DNA of 64,000 nt, taken from positions 70,361 through 134,360 of the forward strand of contig CAKVHA010000002.1 of assembly GCA_934747775.1 (NCBI GenBank), in the 5' to 3' direction. Below are positions 46,545-55,422 of this stretch, piece by piece. Within the stretch, counting starts at the first letter, position 1. Each line of letters begins with the position of its first letter. Below the pieces are notes generated by a model. That model did not search any database. It was not told where the DNA came from and worked only from the letters and a program-made list of their open reading frames with translations. A program made the position numbers and the translations under genes. The stretch comes from an uncultured Clostridia bacterium (GTDB lineage Bacteria > Bacillota > Clostridia > Christensenellales > UBA1242).

Positions 46545-48596
46545 TTACAATTTACAAGCAACATCCCACGCACGCCAAATAACTGTACGCAAGTTTCCCA
46601 CACGTAGTGCGTCGCCCACAATGTGAACGTGTTTGCCTGCTTCGGCAATTGGATTTGGATTGTAGCCAATGCAAGTAATAATGCTATCGGCTTTAACCTT
46701 TTTAAGACTGTTATCTTTTAGAGCAATTGTTGCTTCTTTTGGCTCTATTGAAAGCAAGCGGCTTTCTAGGAACACTGGGGTTTTTGTATAATTAAAGTAG
46801 TCGCGCAAAAACGACGAGTTTGCAAGACACAATCCGCTTACAGCCATAAGGTCGTTTTTAGCTTCTACAATAACTGGCTTTTTACCTTTTAAAATAAGGT
46901 CGTAAGCAATTTCGCAACCAGTTAGACCGCCACCAACAATTAACACGTTTTCACCAACTTTTGCCCCGTTTAGATAGTCTATTGCGTCTATACAACGGTC
47001 GGCGCCGTCCATTCTAAGTTTGCGAGTGCGGCTGCCTGTTGCAACAACAACTTCATCGGCGTTAAGGGTGCTAACGTCCTTAATTTCGGTGTTGAATTTA
47101 ATGGTTATGCCCATATCTTTCATTTGTTTTGCGTACCATTTTAGTAGCAACTTATCTTTTTCTTTAAACGAAGGTGCGCTTGCTGGAACAAACACGCCGC
47201 CAATATGGTCGGATTTTTCGTAAATAGTAACCTTATGACCGCGCATTGTAGCAACACGTGCAACTTCCATACCGCCAATACCAGCACCAACAACTGCAAT
47301 GTTTTTGCTAACTTTTGCTGGTTTGAAGTCATACTTTCCGCCGTCCATTGTTTGTGGATTTAGCGCGCAACGAGCCATATGTTTGCTATCGTCCATAGTG
47401 CTAGCGCAAGCAACACCTTTGTAGTGTGCCATTGGAAAACAGCCGTTGTGGCAGCAAATACAAGGCATAATATCTTCTAATTTATCCGCTTTTAGTTTTG
47501 TAACCCATTGTGGGTCGGTCAAAAACTGACGCGCAACACCCATAGCGTCTATTTCGTGGTTGGCAATAGATAAAGCTGCATCAGCTGGCTCCATACGTCC
47601 CGCACAAACCACTGGGATATCCACAAATTTGCGGATATGTGCAACATCTTCTAGGTTGCAGTTTTTAGGCATATATCCAGGTGGATGAGCCCAATACCAC
47701 GCATCGTATGTTCCGTTGTCGCAGTTTAGCATATCGTAGCCAGCGTTTTGCAAGTATTTAGCTGCTTTTTCACTTTCTGCCATATCGCGACCAATTTCTT
47801 TAAACTTTTCACCCGGAACAGCGCCCACACAAAAATCTTTGGTTTTGCTTTCTACCGAATAGCGTAGCGAAACTGGGTAATCGCTGCCACATTCTTTTTT
47901 AATTGCTTTTACAATTTCGGTTGCAAAGCGGTAGCGATTTTCAAAGCTACCACCATAGTTGTCGGTGCGATGATTTGTGTATTTTAATGTAAACTGGTCT
48001 AGCAAGTAACCTTCGTGAACGGCGTGTATTTCTACACCATCTACGCCAGCTTCTTTGCACATTTTTGCGGTTTTTGCAAAAGCTTCAATCATATCTTCTA
48101 TTTCTTGCGCTTTAAGCGGACGACAAGTGTAACCTTCTAACCAACGCGAAGGAAGCTCGCTTGGAGATGCGCACAAGCGGCTAATATCTATAATAGGTTT
48201 TAACATTCCGCTAAGAAACTTACTTTTAGCAACGCCTGCTAGCGAGTTTGGAATAGAAAACGAGCGGCCAAACCCAGCAGTAAGTTGAACAAACAACTTT
48301 GCCCCCGTTTTGTGAAGTTCGGCCATATATGGTTTTAGTTTTCTAAAAGCGCCTTTTGCTTTGTATAGCCAGCCGCCACCAATAAGGTTTCTAATTGGGG
48401 CAATACCTGGAATAATTAAACCAGTGTCGTGTTTTGCAATGTCCATAAAAAACGCTGCAGCGTCTTTGTCAAAATGATGTGGTTCCATCCAGCCAAAAAG
48501 CGATGTTCCGCCCATTGGACAAACAACTATGCGGTTTTTTATTTCGCAATTGCCAATTTGCCACGGTGTGAACAATGGCTCATATTTTTTGTTCAT
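46545..48596 (-). CDS. NADH:flavin oxidoreductase (OYE-like TIM barrel fused to an FAD/NAD(P)-binding domain; enoate / 2,4-dienoyl-CoA reductase type)
   Basis: N-terminal OYE motifs (NRIVVCPMG, GVEIHAVHEGYLLDQF), a 4Fe-4S Cys cluster (CICCHNGC...C), and dinucleotide folds VVGAGIGG and IVGGGLTG. Confidence 0.85.
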   Translation of the reverse strand: MNKKYEPLFTPWQIGNCEIKNRIVVCPMGGTSLFGWMEPHHFDKDAAAFFMDIAKHDTGLIIPGIAPIRNLIGGGWLYKAKGAFRKLKPYMAELHKTGAKLFVQLTAGFGRSFSIPNSLAGVAKSKFLSGMLKPIIDISRLCASPSELPSRWLEGYTCRPLKAQEIEDMIEAFAKTAKMCKEAGVDGVEIHAVHEGYLLDQFTLKYTNHRTDNYGGSFENRYRFATEIVKAIKKECGSDYPVSLRYSVESKTKDFCVGAVPGEKFKEIGRDMAESEKAAKYLQNAGYDMLNCDNGTYDAWYWAHPPGYMPKNCNLEDVAHIRKFVDIPVVCAGRMEPADAALSIANHEIDAMGVARQFLTDPQWVTKLKADKLEDIMPCICCHNGCFPMAHYKGVACASTMDDSKHMARCALNPQTMDGGKYDFKPAKVSKNIAVVGAGIGGMEVARVATMRGHKVTIYEKSDHIGGVFVPASAPSFKEKDKLLLKWYAKQMKDMGITIKFNTEIKDVSTLNADEVVVATGSRTRKLRMDGADRCIDAIDYLNGAKVGENVLIVGGGLTGCEIAYDLILKGKKPVIVEAKNDLMAVSGLCLANSSFLRDYFNYTKTPVFLESRLLSIEPKEATIALKDNSLKKVKADSIITCIGYNPNPIAEAGKHVHIVGDALRVGNLRTVIWRAWDVACKL

Positions 48597-48829
48597 TTTT
48601 CGTTCTCCTTAAAAATAATATTAATATAATTAAAACTAATTTTTTGTTAAATGTCAAACAACCAACACAATGTTGTTAAATAAAACGCAAATTTGTGTGC
48701 TATTTGTGCCATTTATTAAAACCACAATTTGGCACGTAAAACAAATTGCGACAATATGCGTGTTTTTTCGCATTTGACAAGTGCAAATGGTAGTGATATA
48801 ATAGATTTCACGAATACTTAGGAGAAATT

Positions 48830-49507
48830 ATGAATTTTACAAAAGCAATTGTTTCCACCACTAACGAAGGTGTGGAAAAATACAGCGATTTTACGCTAAC
48901 ATTTGAAAGCGACAACAAAGAGCTTTTAAACGACCTTTGTCAGCTTAAAAACTTATATCTAGTTGCAACATCTAGTGCAAAGTGTGACTTGGTAAACTTA
49001 ATTAAAAATTATGTGGACAGTGCAATAACATCTACAAATTGCGAGATTAAAAACATAAAACACAAGCACCCACTATATATGTTTTGCGGTAATATTAGGC
49101 AAAAAATAAGCCACCTAAAACTAAGCCGCTTGGAATATGAAGCCGACCGAATGAAACTAGACAATCTAGACGACTACGGCATTAATATGGACTGGGAACG
49201 CGAAATGGGCGAACAACTTATAAACGACCTTAATTTTACGGAATTAGAAAAAACAAAAAAGGGCTACAGAACCCGAACAACCTACACCACTCTTCAAAGT
49301 GTGGACAAATTAAAAATGAGAATTGACCAGCTTAAAAAAGAAAGTTTTGATAACTATCAAGCCGATTTTAACGGATTTATAGAGCGCAACGCAGTTGTTA
49401 AAAAATATCTTACTGTTCCACCTATTGCACATCATATTGAAAAACACAACGCCACATTTTTAGCTCGAAAAGCAGTCTATGGCGTTTACGATAAAAATAT
49501 AAAATAG
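48830..49507 (+). CDS. hypothetical protein
   Basis: 225-aa ORF with an AGGAG RBS and a TTGACA (48774-48779) - 17 nt - TATAAT (48797-48802) promoter. No motif recognised. Confidence 0.6.
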   Translation: MNFTKAIVSTTNEGVEKYSDFTLTFESDNKELLNDLCQLKNLYLVATSSAKCDLVNLIKNYVDSAITSTNCEIKNIKHKHPLYMFCGNIRQKISHLKLSRLEYEADRMKLDNLDDYGINMDWEREMGEQLINDLNFTELEKTKKGYRTRTTYTTLQSVDKLKMRIDQLKKESFDNYQADFNGFIERNAVVKKYLTVPPIAHHIEKHNATFLARKAVYGVYDKNIK

Positions 49508-49617
49508 CTATGGTTTATAAAAAATTATTTACATTAAAAACTAAATTTATACCAATAAAAAACCTTATGCAAAATATGTTTTTAGAAATAATTTATAAAA
49601 AATTAATATAATCCGTA

Positions 49618-49656
49618 TAAAAAAACATTAAGCACACTCGCTTAATGTTTTTTTTA
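49618..49656. terminator. bidirectional intrinsic terminator
   Basis: AAAAA-CATTAAGC-acactc-GCTTAATG-TTTTTTTT, between convergent genes. Confidence 0.8.
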
Positions 49657-49657
49657 C

Positions 49658-49897
49658 TTATTTATCTTTCTTTTCGTCTGATGTGTTTAGTTGAGATTTG
49701 TCTAAAGCTTTTGCTGCTGTAACGGCATTTGTAATAATTGAAACAATGCTAACAACAACAATTGTACCCACAATTAAAATCCAACCTGGGTGCCACCACT
49801 TAATTGTTAGTCCTAAAATTATGTAAATTAAAATGCTTAACATAATTAGGCTACCTGCAATTGCATCGGTAACAATTTTCGATTTGTTTTGTTTCAT
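49658..49897 (-). CDS. small two-TM membrane protein
   Basis: 79-aa ORF with two hydrophobic helices and a GGAG-type RBS. Confidence 0.5.
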   Translation of the reverse strand: MKQNKSKIVTDAIAGSLIMLSILIYIILGLTIKWWHPGWILIVGTIVVVSIVSIITNAVTAAKALDKSQLNTSDEKKDK

Positions 49898-50108
49898 AAA
49901 CCTAAATCTCCTTAATATAAAATATTATAACATACTTTAAAATATCAATGCAAACATAATAAATTAAAAAGTTAAATTTTTGTTGCGAAACTTTTGACCT
50001 GCAAATATTTTTGCCAATTTTAAGCAAAAACTCTTGATTTTAAAGCAAATTTATAGTAAACTATGCTCGTTAAAGATAATTTAATGCATTATTCAATTAT
50101 TTAATATG

Positions 50109-50146
50109 CACATTATAATATGCAGATACACATTATAATATGCAGA
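50109..50146 (+). repeat. tandem duplication of an 18-nt promoter-like unit
   Basis: CACATTATAATATGCAGA at 50109-50126 and 50129-50146 (20-nt period). TAATATGCA also occurs at 50102-50110 and 50257-50265. Confidence 0.85.
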
Positions 50147-50262
50147 GTTGGCTTAAGTGTTGGTAATGCCCTGTGGGCATTAGCCAATGACTGTACCACC
50201 TTTAGATGGGCTCGGACGAAACTTGCTTTCGACCGCGAATTCCCTAAAATTTAATTTAATAT
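50143..50262 (+). other. structured leader / orphan RNA segment upstream of tRNA-Ser
   Basis: Starts with GCAGAGTTGGCT, identical to tRNA-Ser nt 1-12. Hairpins TTGGCT...[AATGCCC-tgt-GGGCATT]...AGCCAA (50149-50188) and CGGaCGAAA-cttgc-TTTCGaCCG (50213-50235). GCTTTCGACCGC (50225-50236) is perfectly complementary to tRNA-Ser 50277-50288. Confidence 0.5.
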
Positions 50263-50350
50263 GCAGAGTTGGCTGAGCGGTCGAAAGCGGCGGTCTTGAA
50301 AACCGTTGAAGTGAGAGCTTCCTGGGGTTCGAATCCCTAACTCTGCGCCA
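50263..50350 (+). tRNA. tRNA-Ser (anticodon UGA), type II with long variable arm
   Basis: GCAGAGT/ACTCTGC acceptor, anticodon loop CTTGAAA, long variable arm, GGTTCGAATCC T-loop, GCCA end, and a hairpin plus T-run terminator right after. Confidence 0.9.
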
Positions 50351-50469
50351 AATAAAAAACACGCAAACTTGATTAGACACAAGCTTGCGTGTTTTTGTTA
50401 AAATCGGTTTGAATCTTTCACTAGACACGATATAATATAGAAAAACAGATTTGCATTGGAGCGGAAAGT

Positions 50470-50547
50470 ATGAAATATATAGTACTGCTTAGGGGAATAA
50501 GAACCGCAAACACTGTAAAAAAAATTCTAGCGATGTGCAAAAAGTGA
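50470..50547 (+). pseudogene. possible remnant of a DUF1697-family gene (25 codons)
   Basis: MKYIVLLRGIRTANTVKKILAMCKK* resembles the conserved N-terminus (M.YI.LLRGINVGG.N.V.M..L) of DUF1697 proteins, then stops. Confidence 0.3.
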
Positions 50548-50571
50548 TAATAATTTAAAAAGGAGTATTAT

Positions 50572-50910
50572 ATGGATGCAAAAAGTTACATTGGAAAAAT
50601 AGTTGAAGTGAAAATGGACAGACCAATGGGGTCAATACACCCAAAACACGGCCTTGTTTACCCCGTTAACTATGGTTATATTCCAAACACGGTTTCTGGC
50701 GACGGCGAAGAATTGGACGCATATGTTTTAGGGGAACACAAACCACTTGAGCAATTCACGGGAAGAGTAATCGCTGTTATTCACAGGCTTAACGACGATG
50801 ACGATAAGTTGGTTGTTATGGCGGACGGAAGAAATTATACAGATGACCAAATTAGAGCCTTAGTTGAGTTTCAGGAAAAGTGGTTTGAAAGTGAAATTAT
50901 AAGAAATTGA
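50572..50910 (+). CDS. short inorganic-pyrophosphatase-like protein
   Basis: YPVNYGYIPNTVSGDGEELDAYVLG resembles the family I PPase motif (NYGFIP.T...DGDPLD.LV). Only 112 aa. Confidence 0.6.
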   Translation: MDAKSYIGKIVEVKMDRPMGSIHPKHGLVYPVNYGYIPNTVSGDGEELDAYVLGEHKPLEQFTGRVIAVIHRLNDDDDKLVVMADGRNYTDDQIRALVEFQEKWFESEIIRN

Positions 50911-50995
50911 TGTATGTAAAAATTGGTTTTTAAAATATATCAACACAACAAAAAAATGATGTAAACTTTTAAAAACCAAATAAGGAGAAATAAAT

Positions 50996-51496
50996 ATGGA
51001 AATATCGTTAATAAAATATAATGAATATGGCAAAACTGCAGAAATGATTGAAAGGTCAGTAAGATACTCTCAATTTTCTAAATTTTATCCGCAGTGCGAA
51101 ATAGACAATGTTGTAAACTCACTAAACGAAGAAGGCGTGAAAAAGCGCGCATCTTGGACGCACTTTTATGTGATAAGAGAAGTCGACCGCATTGTTGGGT
51201 GCGGCGCTATTGGCGAATACTGGGGCAGTAAAACCGAAAGCTCGCTATTCACAATTTTTGTAGACCCAGATTTTCAAGGCAAAGGCTACGGACGAAAAAT
51301 TATTGAAACTCTAGAAAAAGACGAGTTTTTTACAAGAGCAAAACGAATTGAAATTCCCGCAAGTATGTCGGCTATCCCTTTTTACAGAAAAATGGGGTAC
51401 GAACACAAAAACGGACAACTTATTTTTAGCGAAGGTCACTTTGCTCTTGAAAAATTTAACAACCAAAATAGTTGGGTGGAAAACACGCAGCATTGA
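50996..51496 (+). CDS. GNAT family N-acetyltransferase
   Basis: FVDPDFQGKGYGRKIIETLE (Q/RxxGxG/A acetyl-CoA loop) and YRKMGY. Confidence 0.8.
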   Translation: MEISLIKYNEYGKTAEMIERSVRYSQFSKFYPQCEIDNVVNSLNEEGVKKRASWTHFYVIREVDRIVGCGAIGEYWGSKTESSLFTIFVDPDFQGKGYGRKIIETLEKDEFFTRAKRIEIPASMSAIPFYRKMGYEHKNGQLIFSEGHFALEKFNNQNSWVENTQH

Positions 51497-51571
51497 AACA
51501 ATGGAAAAACATCTTGAAAAAATGTGTTTTAAGTGATATACTTTGCTTAAATTATAAAAAGGTGTAAAAAT

Positions 51572-52147
51572 ATGGGAATTCTTAATTATTTTAAATTAAA
51601 ACAAGCAAGAGCAATCGCTATGGAAAACAAGAAAAACAACGATATGATTAGGCTTGTTTATGTTAGCGTAACTCCGTATAAAGATGTTTACAACGACGAA
51701 AAGAAATATGGTGCGCTATACATTACTTCTAGTGCTTTCAAACTTCCTGAAAATATGACTATGGAGCAAGCGTGCAAAGTTGTTTCGTATATTTCGGAAA
51801 AGGTTGAAAAAGAAAACAACATAGAACCAGCGTCAAAAGAAAGTGTTGGAATGACATCTTTCGAGTTGGAAAACTATGGTTTTATTAAAAACAAAAAGAT
51901 TACTCCAAAATACGCTCATATGATTGGCACTGCTCCATTTGCAAAAAATCCAGACATCGATCTAAAAGCCGTGGACGGAGTTGTTGACTTAATTACATAC
52001 GGCGGAAAATCTGGTTGTTTTGAAAAATCAGACCTTTATCCACGTTATTTTGAGTGGTTTACGCCAAATGTAACCAAAAAAGAAGTTGACGGCATTTACA
52101 ATTCTTTAAACATAAAATTAAAACCACAAAAAAACAATATTAAGTAA
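51572..52147 (+). CDS. hypothetical protein
   Basis: 191-aa ORF; no motif recognised. Confidence 0.5.
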   Translation: MGILNYFKLKQARAIAMENKKNNDMIRLVYVSVTPYKDVYNDEKKYGALYITSSAFKLPENMTMEQACKVVSYISEKVEKENNIEPASKESVGMTSFELENYGFIKNKKITPKYAHMIGTAPFAKNPDIDLKAVDGVVDLITYGGKSGCFEKSDLYPRYFEWFTPNVTKKEVDGIYNSLNIKLKPQKNNIK

Positions 52148-52324
52148 ATAATTTTAAAAAAGCAAATCAACAAGATTTGCTTTTTTGTTAGTAAAAATAA
52201 AACAAAATTCACAAATACAAGTGCAGATTAATATTGCTTAATATGATAATTATGCTTTAAAGTTGTACGCCAAATTTATTTTGTGATATAATAAAGTCAG
52301 TCAAAACAATTAGGTGGAAAAAAT

Positions 52325-52624
52325 ATGGAAAAGAAAAAACCGAAAATTAAAAACGCAAGGTTGCGCGGACTTATTACAGCAATTGGTTCGGCAGTGTTGG
52401 CTGGAATTTTTTTAATTGTTTCCGCCATTATATACAACAAAGGCAAAAACAACTACAGATCTGGCGAAGCGCTAGGATTGCTGTTTTTCTGCTTTGTTGC
52501 AGCAATTTTAGGAGTAATTAACGGCGTACTACTTATGATATTTGGCGGAAAAAAGCCAAACACCACCAACAAAGAAAACTTAACCACAGAACCAACAAAA
52601 ACTGAAAACAATTTAGAAACCTAA
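52325..52624 (+). CDS. small two-TM membrane protein
   Basis: 99-aa ORF with two hydrophobic helices and a GGTGGA RBS. Confidence 0.5.
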   Translation: MEKKKPKIKNARLRGLITAIGSAVLAGIFLIVSAIIYNKGKNNYRSGEALGLLFFCFVAAILGVINGVLLMIFGGKKPNTTNKENLTTEPTKTENNLET

Positions 52625-52737
52625 AAAATCAACAAAGACAAAAGCACAGAAAAAACCGAAAACAATAAAGATAGTTAAAATTAAAACAAAAAAGCGGAAG
52701 TGTAATAACTTTCGCTTTTTTTTAACATTAAGTTAAA

Positions 52738-53994
52738 CTATGATTTTTTTCGTGCAATGTTTACGTTGTCCACTTTGCGGTCTTGAAGTTCGGGAACGGG
52801 GTTTTTCTTGGTTTCAAAACGATAGTCTTGCCCAAACTCTTTAATGTGATTTTTAATAACCAAATGGCTAGGCAAAGTGTCTGGTTTTTTAATGTTCATT
52901 TTTTGATATTTAAAATAAATTGCCTTATCGGGCACATCTTTTAGCGCGCAATAATCTTCACCGCAACGCGTGTAGTGAATTGTTTCGGCAAGCACTCCCC
53001 TAATATAATCTATATTGCCTTCAAAATGCAACAATTCTGGAAAATCGCCGCCGCAAGTGTACAATGCCTGCCAAGGTTTGCCTTCGTACTTTTCTAGCAG
53101 TTTTGCAACATACTGCAAGTGTCCGCATTCTTCTAAATACCTTGTGTAAAAAATTTGTTTTATATACTCGTCGGTTTCGTCGGCATAGCAGCTATAGTAC
53201 AAATAACACTCGGTGTACTCGTGAACAAGCCAGCTTTCTAGCCACGTGCAAGTGGTGTCCATAAGGCTGCCGTACTCGGTTACGTGCTGCTCTTCTATCA
53301 TTGCAATTTCGGAGTACAATTTTTTGCCAAGCTCGCTACTATGAAAACCTGCGATGTTCATATAGTAGTTCATTGTTTGTTGTTCGGCGGCAGTTATGAT
53401 GCTAACCACAAGTTTTGTGAACGGGTCGGCAAGTTCTTTTGCAATGTGGCGATTTATTTCGTCAAATGGGTGGCGCGGTTCTGCTACGGTTGGTCTGCCT
53501 GGAGTGATTTCGATGTAGCCGCCAGTAAGCTTGTTGGCGTCTATCCCCTGCTCGCTTTCTAGCAAATTAGCAAAACGATACAAGTGGTCAAAATCTTCTA
53601 GCAATGCAAAATTTAACGCGTTTTTAACATAGTCGTCTTTAACGTGTTTTGCGAGTATTGCCGTTAGATCCACCGCCAACTGCTCGTAGCCAATTGTGGT
53701 TTCTAAGTCGGTTTCGTCAATCGGTTTTAATGCAGAAATTATTTTTTGCTGTTGTTGTTCGTGGCGTCTAATCAATGCGATGTCGCGTCTTAGGTCGTTG
53801 TTGTTGCAAGCCCTATTAAACTGGTGCAAAAACCACGCTTGTTCAAACTCTGCGCCGTTAAGCAAAATGACCCTTGTTTTTGTGTATGGCGAAATCATGT
53901 CCTTATTGTACGCGTGCGGACTGTACTCATCCACACTCACAAATTTACCTACTTCTATGGCATTGCTTTCTAAAAATGGATTTACTTTATTCAT
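52738..53994 (-). CDS. ferritin-like (diiron-carboxylate) superfamily protein, function unknown
   Basis: 418 aa with spaced E / ExxH-type motifs (GAEFEQ, LLEDFDHL, AAEQQ, IEEQHV, LEECGHL), suggesting a four-helix-bundle diiron site. Assignment by eye only. Confidence 0.45.
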   Translation of the reverse strand: MNKVNPFLESNAIEVGKFVSVDEYSPHAYNKDMISPYTKTRVILLNGAEFEQAWFLHQFNRACNNNDLRRDIALIRRHEQQQQKIISALKPIDETDLETTIGYEQLAVDLTAILAKHVKDDYVKNALNFALLEDFDHLYRFANLLESEQGIDANKLTGGYIEITPGRPTVAEPRHPFDEINRHIAKELADPFTKLVVSIITAAEQQTMNYYMNIAGFHSSELGKKLYSEIAMIEEQHVTEYGSLMDTTCTWLESWLVHEYTECYLYYSCYADETDEYIKQIFYTRYLEECGHLQYVAKLLEKYEGKPWQALYTCGGDFPELLHFEGNIDYIRGVLAETIHYTRCGEDYCALKDVPDKAIYFKYQKMNIKKPDTLPSHLVIKNHIKEFGQDYRFETKKNPVPELQDRKVDNVNIARKKS

Positions 53995-54117
53995 ATATGC
54001 TCCTTAAAAATTTAAATATAAAAAAGTATTTCCAAATTTTAAAAACATATTACGTTGTTGACAAAAAATTATATTTTACTGTCAACATTATTAATATTTG
54101 AAACACATTATATGTAT

Positions 54118-55200
54118 TTAATCCTTAATTTTCTCCCAAGGGAAAGCGGAGTTTCCAAAGTGACCATAGCAAGCTGTTTGTTTGTAAATTGGTTTTAATA
54201 AGTTTAATTCTTTTATTATATTACTTGGCGAAAAATCAAAGTTTTTGTCAACAAATGCATATATTTTGTCAATACCTATCTTTTCAGTGCCAAATGTTTC
54301 TATATTTATGGACAATGGTTTATTTAAGCCTATACCATATGAAACTTGAATTTCACACTTATCGGCAAGATTGTGGGCAACAATGTTTTTTGCAACATAG
54401 CGAGCATAATATGCGCCAGAGCGGTCAACCTTAGTAGCATTTTTACTAGAAAAACAACCACCGCCAACTCTGCCAATTCCACCATATGTATCCACCACAA
54501 TCTTACGACCAACGCAGCCACTATCGCCAAACGAGCCCCATATTGTAAACTTGCCGCTTGGGTTTATTATATATTCTGTGTTTTTAGCAATGTCACTATA
54601 TTCACTTATAACCACATTTAAAACATTTGTGGTTATAAGTTTTTTTATTTCGTCTAGGCTTAGGTTTTTACTATGCGAAACAGAAATCAACACCGTGGTA
54701 ATCTCAGTTGGAGTGTTGCCGTCATACTCCACAGTTACTTGACTTTTAGCGTCGGCAAAAAAGTCGGAACGCGACTTTCTAAATATTTCGTACTGGCGCA
54801 TAATTTTATGGGCAAGTAAAATTGGAAGTGGCATATACTCTTTGGTTTCGTTGGTTGCATATCCGTATATTATTCCTTGGTCGTTGGCACACAATTCCTT
54901 TTTTACAACCGCTTGATTTATGTCGGGACTTTGTTCGCTAATTTCTTTAATAATATCAAAATGACAAGTATAGCCAATGTCTTTTAAAATAGACCTTGCT
55001 ATACCGTCGTAGTCAATTTTGGCTTTTGTGGTTGCTTCGCCATAGATAAAGAGCTTGTTGTTTTTAATGGCACACTCCACTGCCATTTGTGAGTTTGGGT
55101 CGGACGCCAATGCGGCATCCAAAAATGCGTCGGCAATTACATCGCAAGTTTTGTCGGGGTGACCAATGTTTACGCTTTCGCTTGTTAAATATTTTTTCAT
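54118..55200 (-). CDS. metK: S-adenosylmethionine synthetase
   Basis: LTSESVNIGHPDKTCDVIADAFLDA, GDQGI-type and GGGAFSGKD-like (GGGCFSSKN) motifs. ATG 55200 has an AAGGA RBS. The ORF-track start at 55230 abuts the riboswitch terminator. Confidence 0.92.
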   Translation of the reverse strand: MKKYLTSESVNIGHPDKTCDVIADAFLDAALASDPNSQMAVECAIKNNKLFIYGEATTKAKIDYDGIARSILKDIGYTCHFDIIKEISEQSPDINQAVVKKELCANDQGIIYGYATNETKEYMPLPILLAHKIMRQYEIFRKSRSDFFADAKSQVTVEYDGNTPTEITTVLISVSHSKNLSLDEIKKLITTNVLNVVISEYSDIAKNTEYIINPSGKFTIWGSFGDSGCVGRKIVVDTYGGIGRVGGGCFSSKNATKVDRSGAYYARYVAKNIVAHNLADKCEIQVSYGIGLNKPLSINIETFGTEKIGIDKIYAFVDKNFDFSPSNIIKELNLLKPIYKQTACYGHFGNSAFPWEKIKD

Positions 55201-55240
55201 TTTTTTATCCTTTATTTTTTGTATTTCCATAAAGGGGGTT

Positions 55241-55407
55241 AAAAAAATCCCATCGTTCCCGATAGGATAAATATTTTAATTCTGTTCCCATCGGTCAGCC
55301 TTTAGCACCTTGGCAATGTCGCTAGGTTGCTGTGTGGTCAACGGGGCTGTCCCTCGCACACTCTTTATGGATAATTAAATATTAACTTAAAAAATTTGGT
55401 TTGTCAA
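55241..55407 (-). promoter_or_regulatory. SAM-I (S-box) riboswitch with promoter and terminator
   Basis: Minus strand: TTGACA (55402-55407) - 17 nt - TAATAT. Aptamer core ...AAAGAGtgtgcGAGGGAcaGCCCCgttGAccacaCAGCAACC...AAGGTGCTAAaggCTG...AGAA. Terminator ATCCtATCG-ggaa-CGATgGGAT-TTTTTTT (55268-55241). Confidence 0.85.
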
Positions 55408-55422
55408 TAATTTTATGAAAAA

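Noticed and set aside
48730-48750. Sigma-54 promoter (TGGCAC ... TTGC)
   Set aside because: TGGCAC and TTGC are separated by 10 nt rather than the 5 nt required by the -24/-12 consensus. The TGGCAC is better explained as one arm of an inverted repeat with GTGCCA at 48706-48711.
50143-50262. A second tRNA (for example tRNA-Sec or a split/permuted tRNA) upstream of tRNA-Ser
   Set aside because: It shares only the first 12 nt with tRNA-Ser. There is no T-arm (no GGTTCGAAT-like loop), no 7-nt anticodon loop (the strong hairpin has a 3-nt loop), and no matching 3' acceptor strand.
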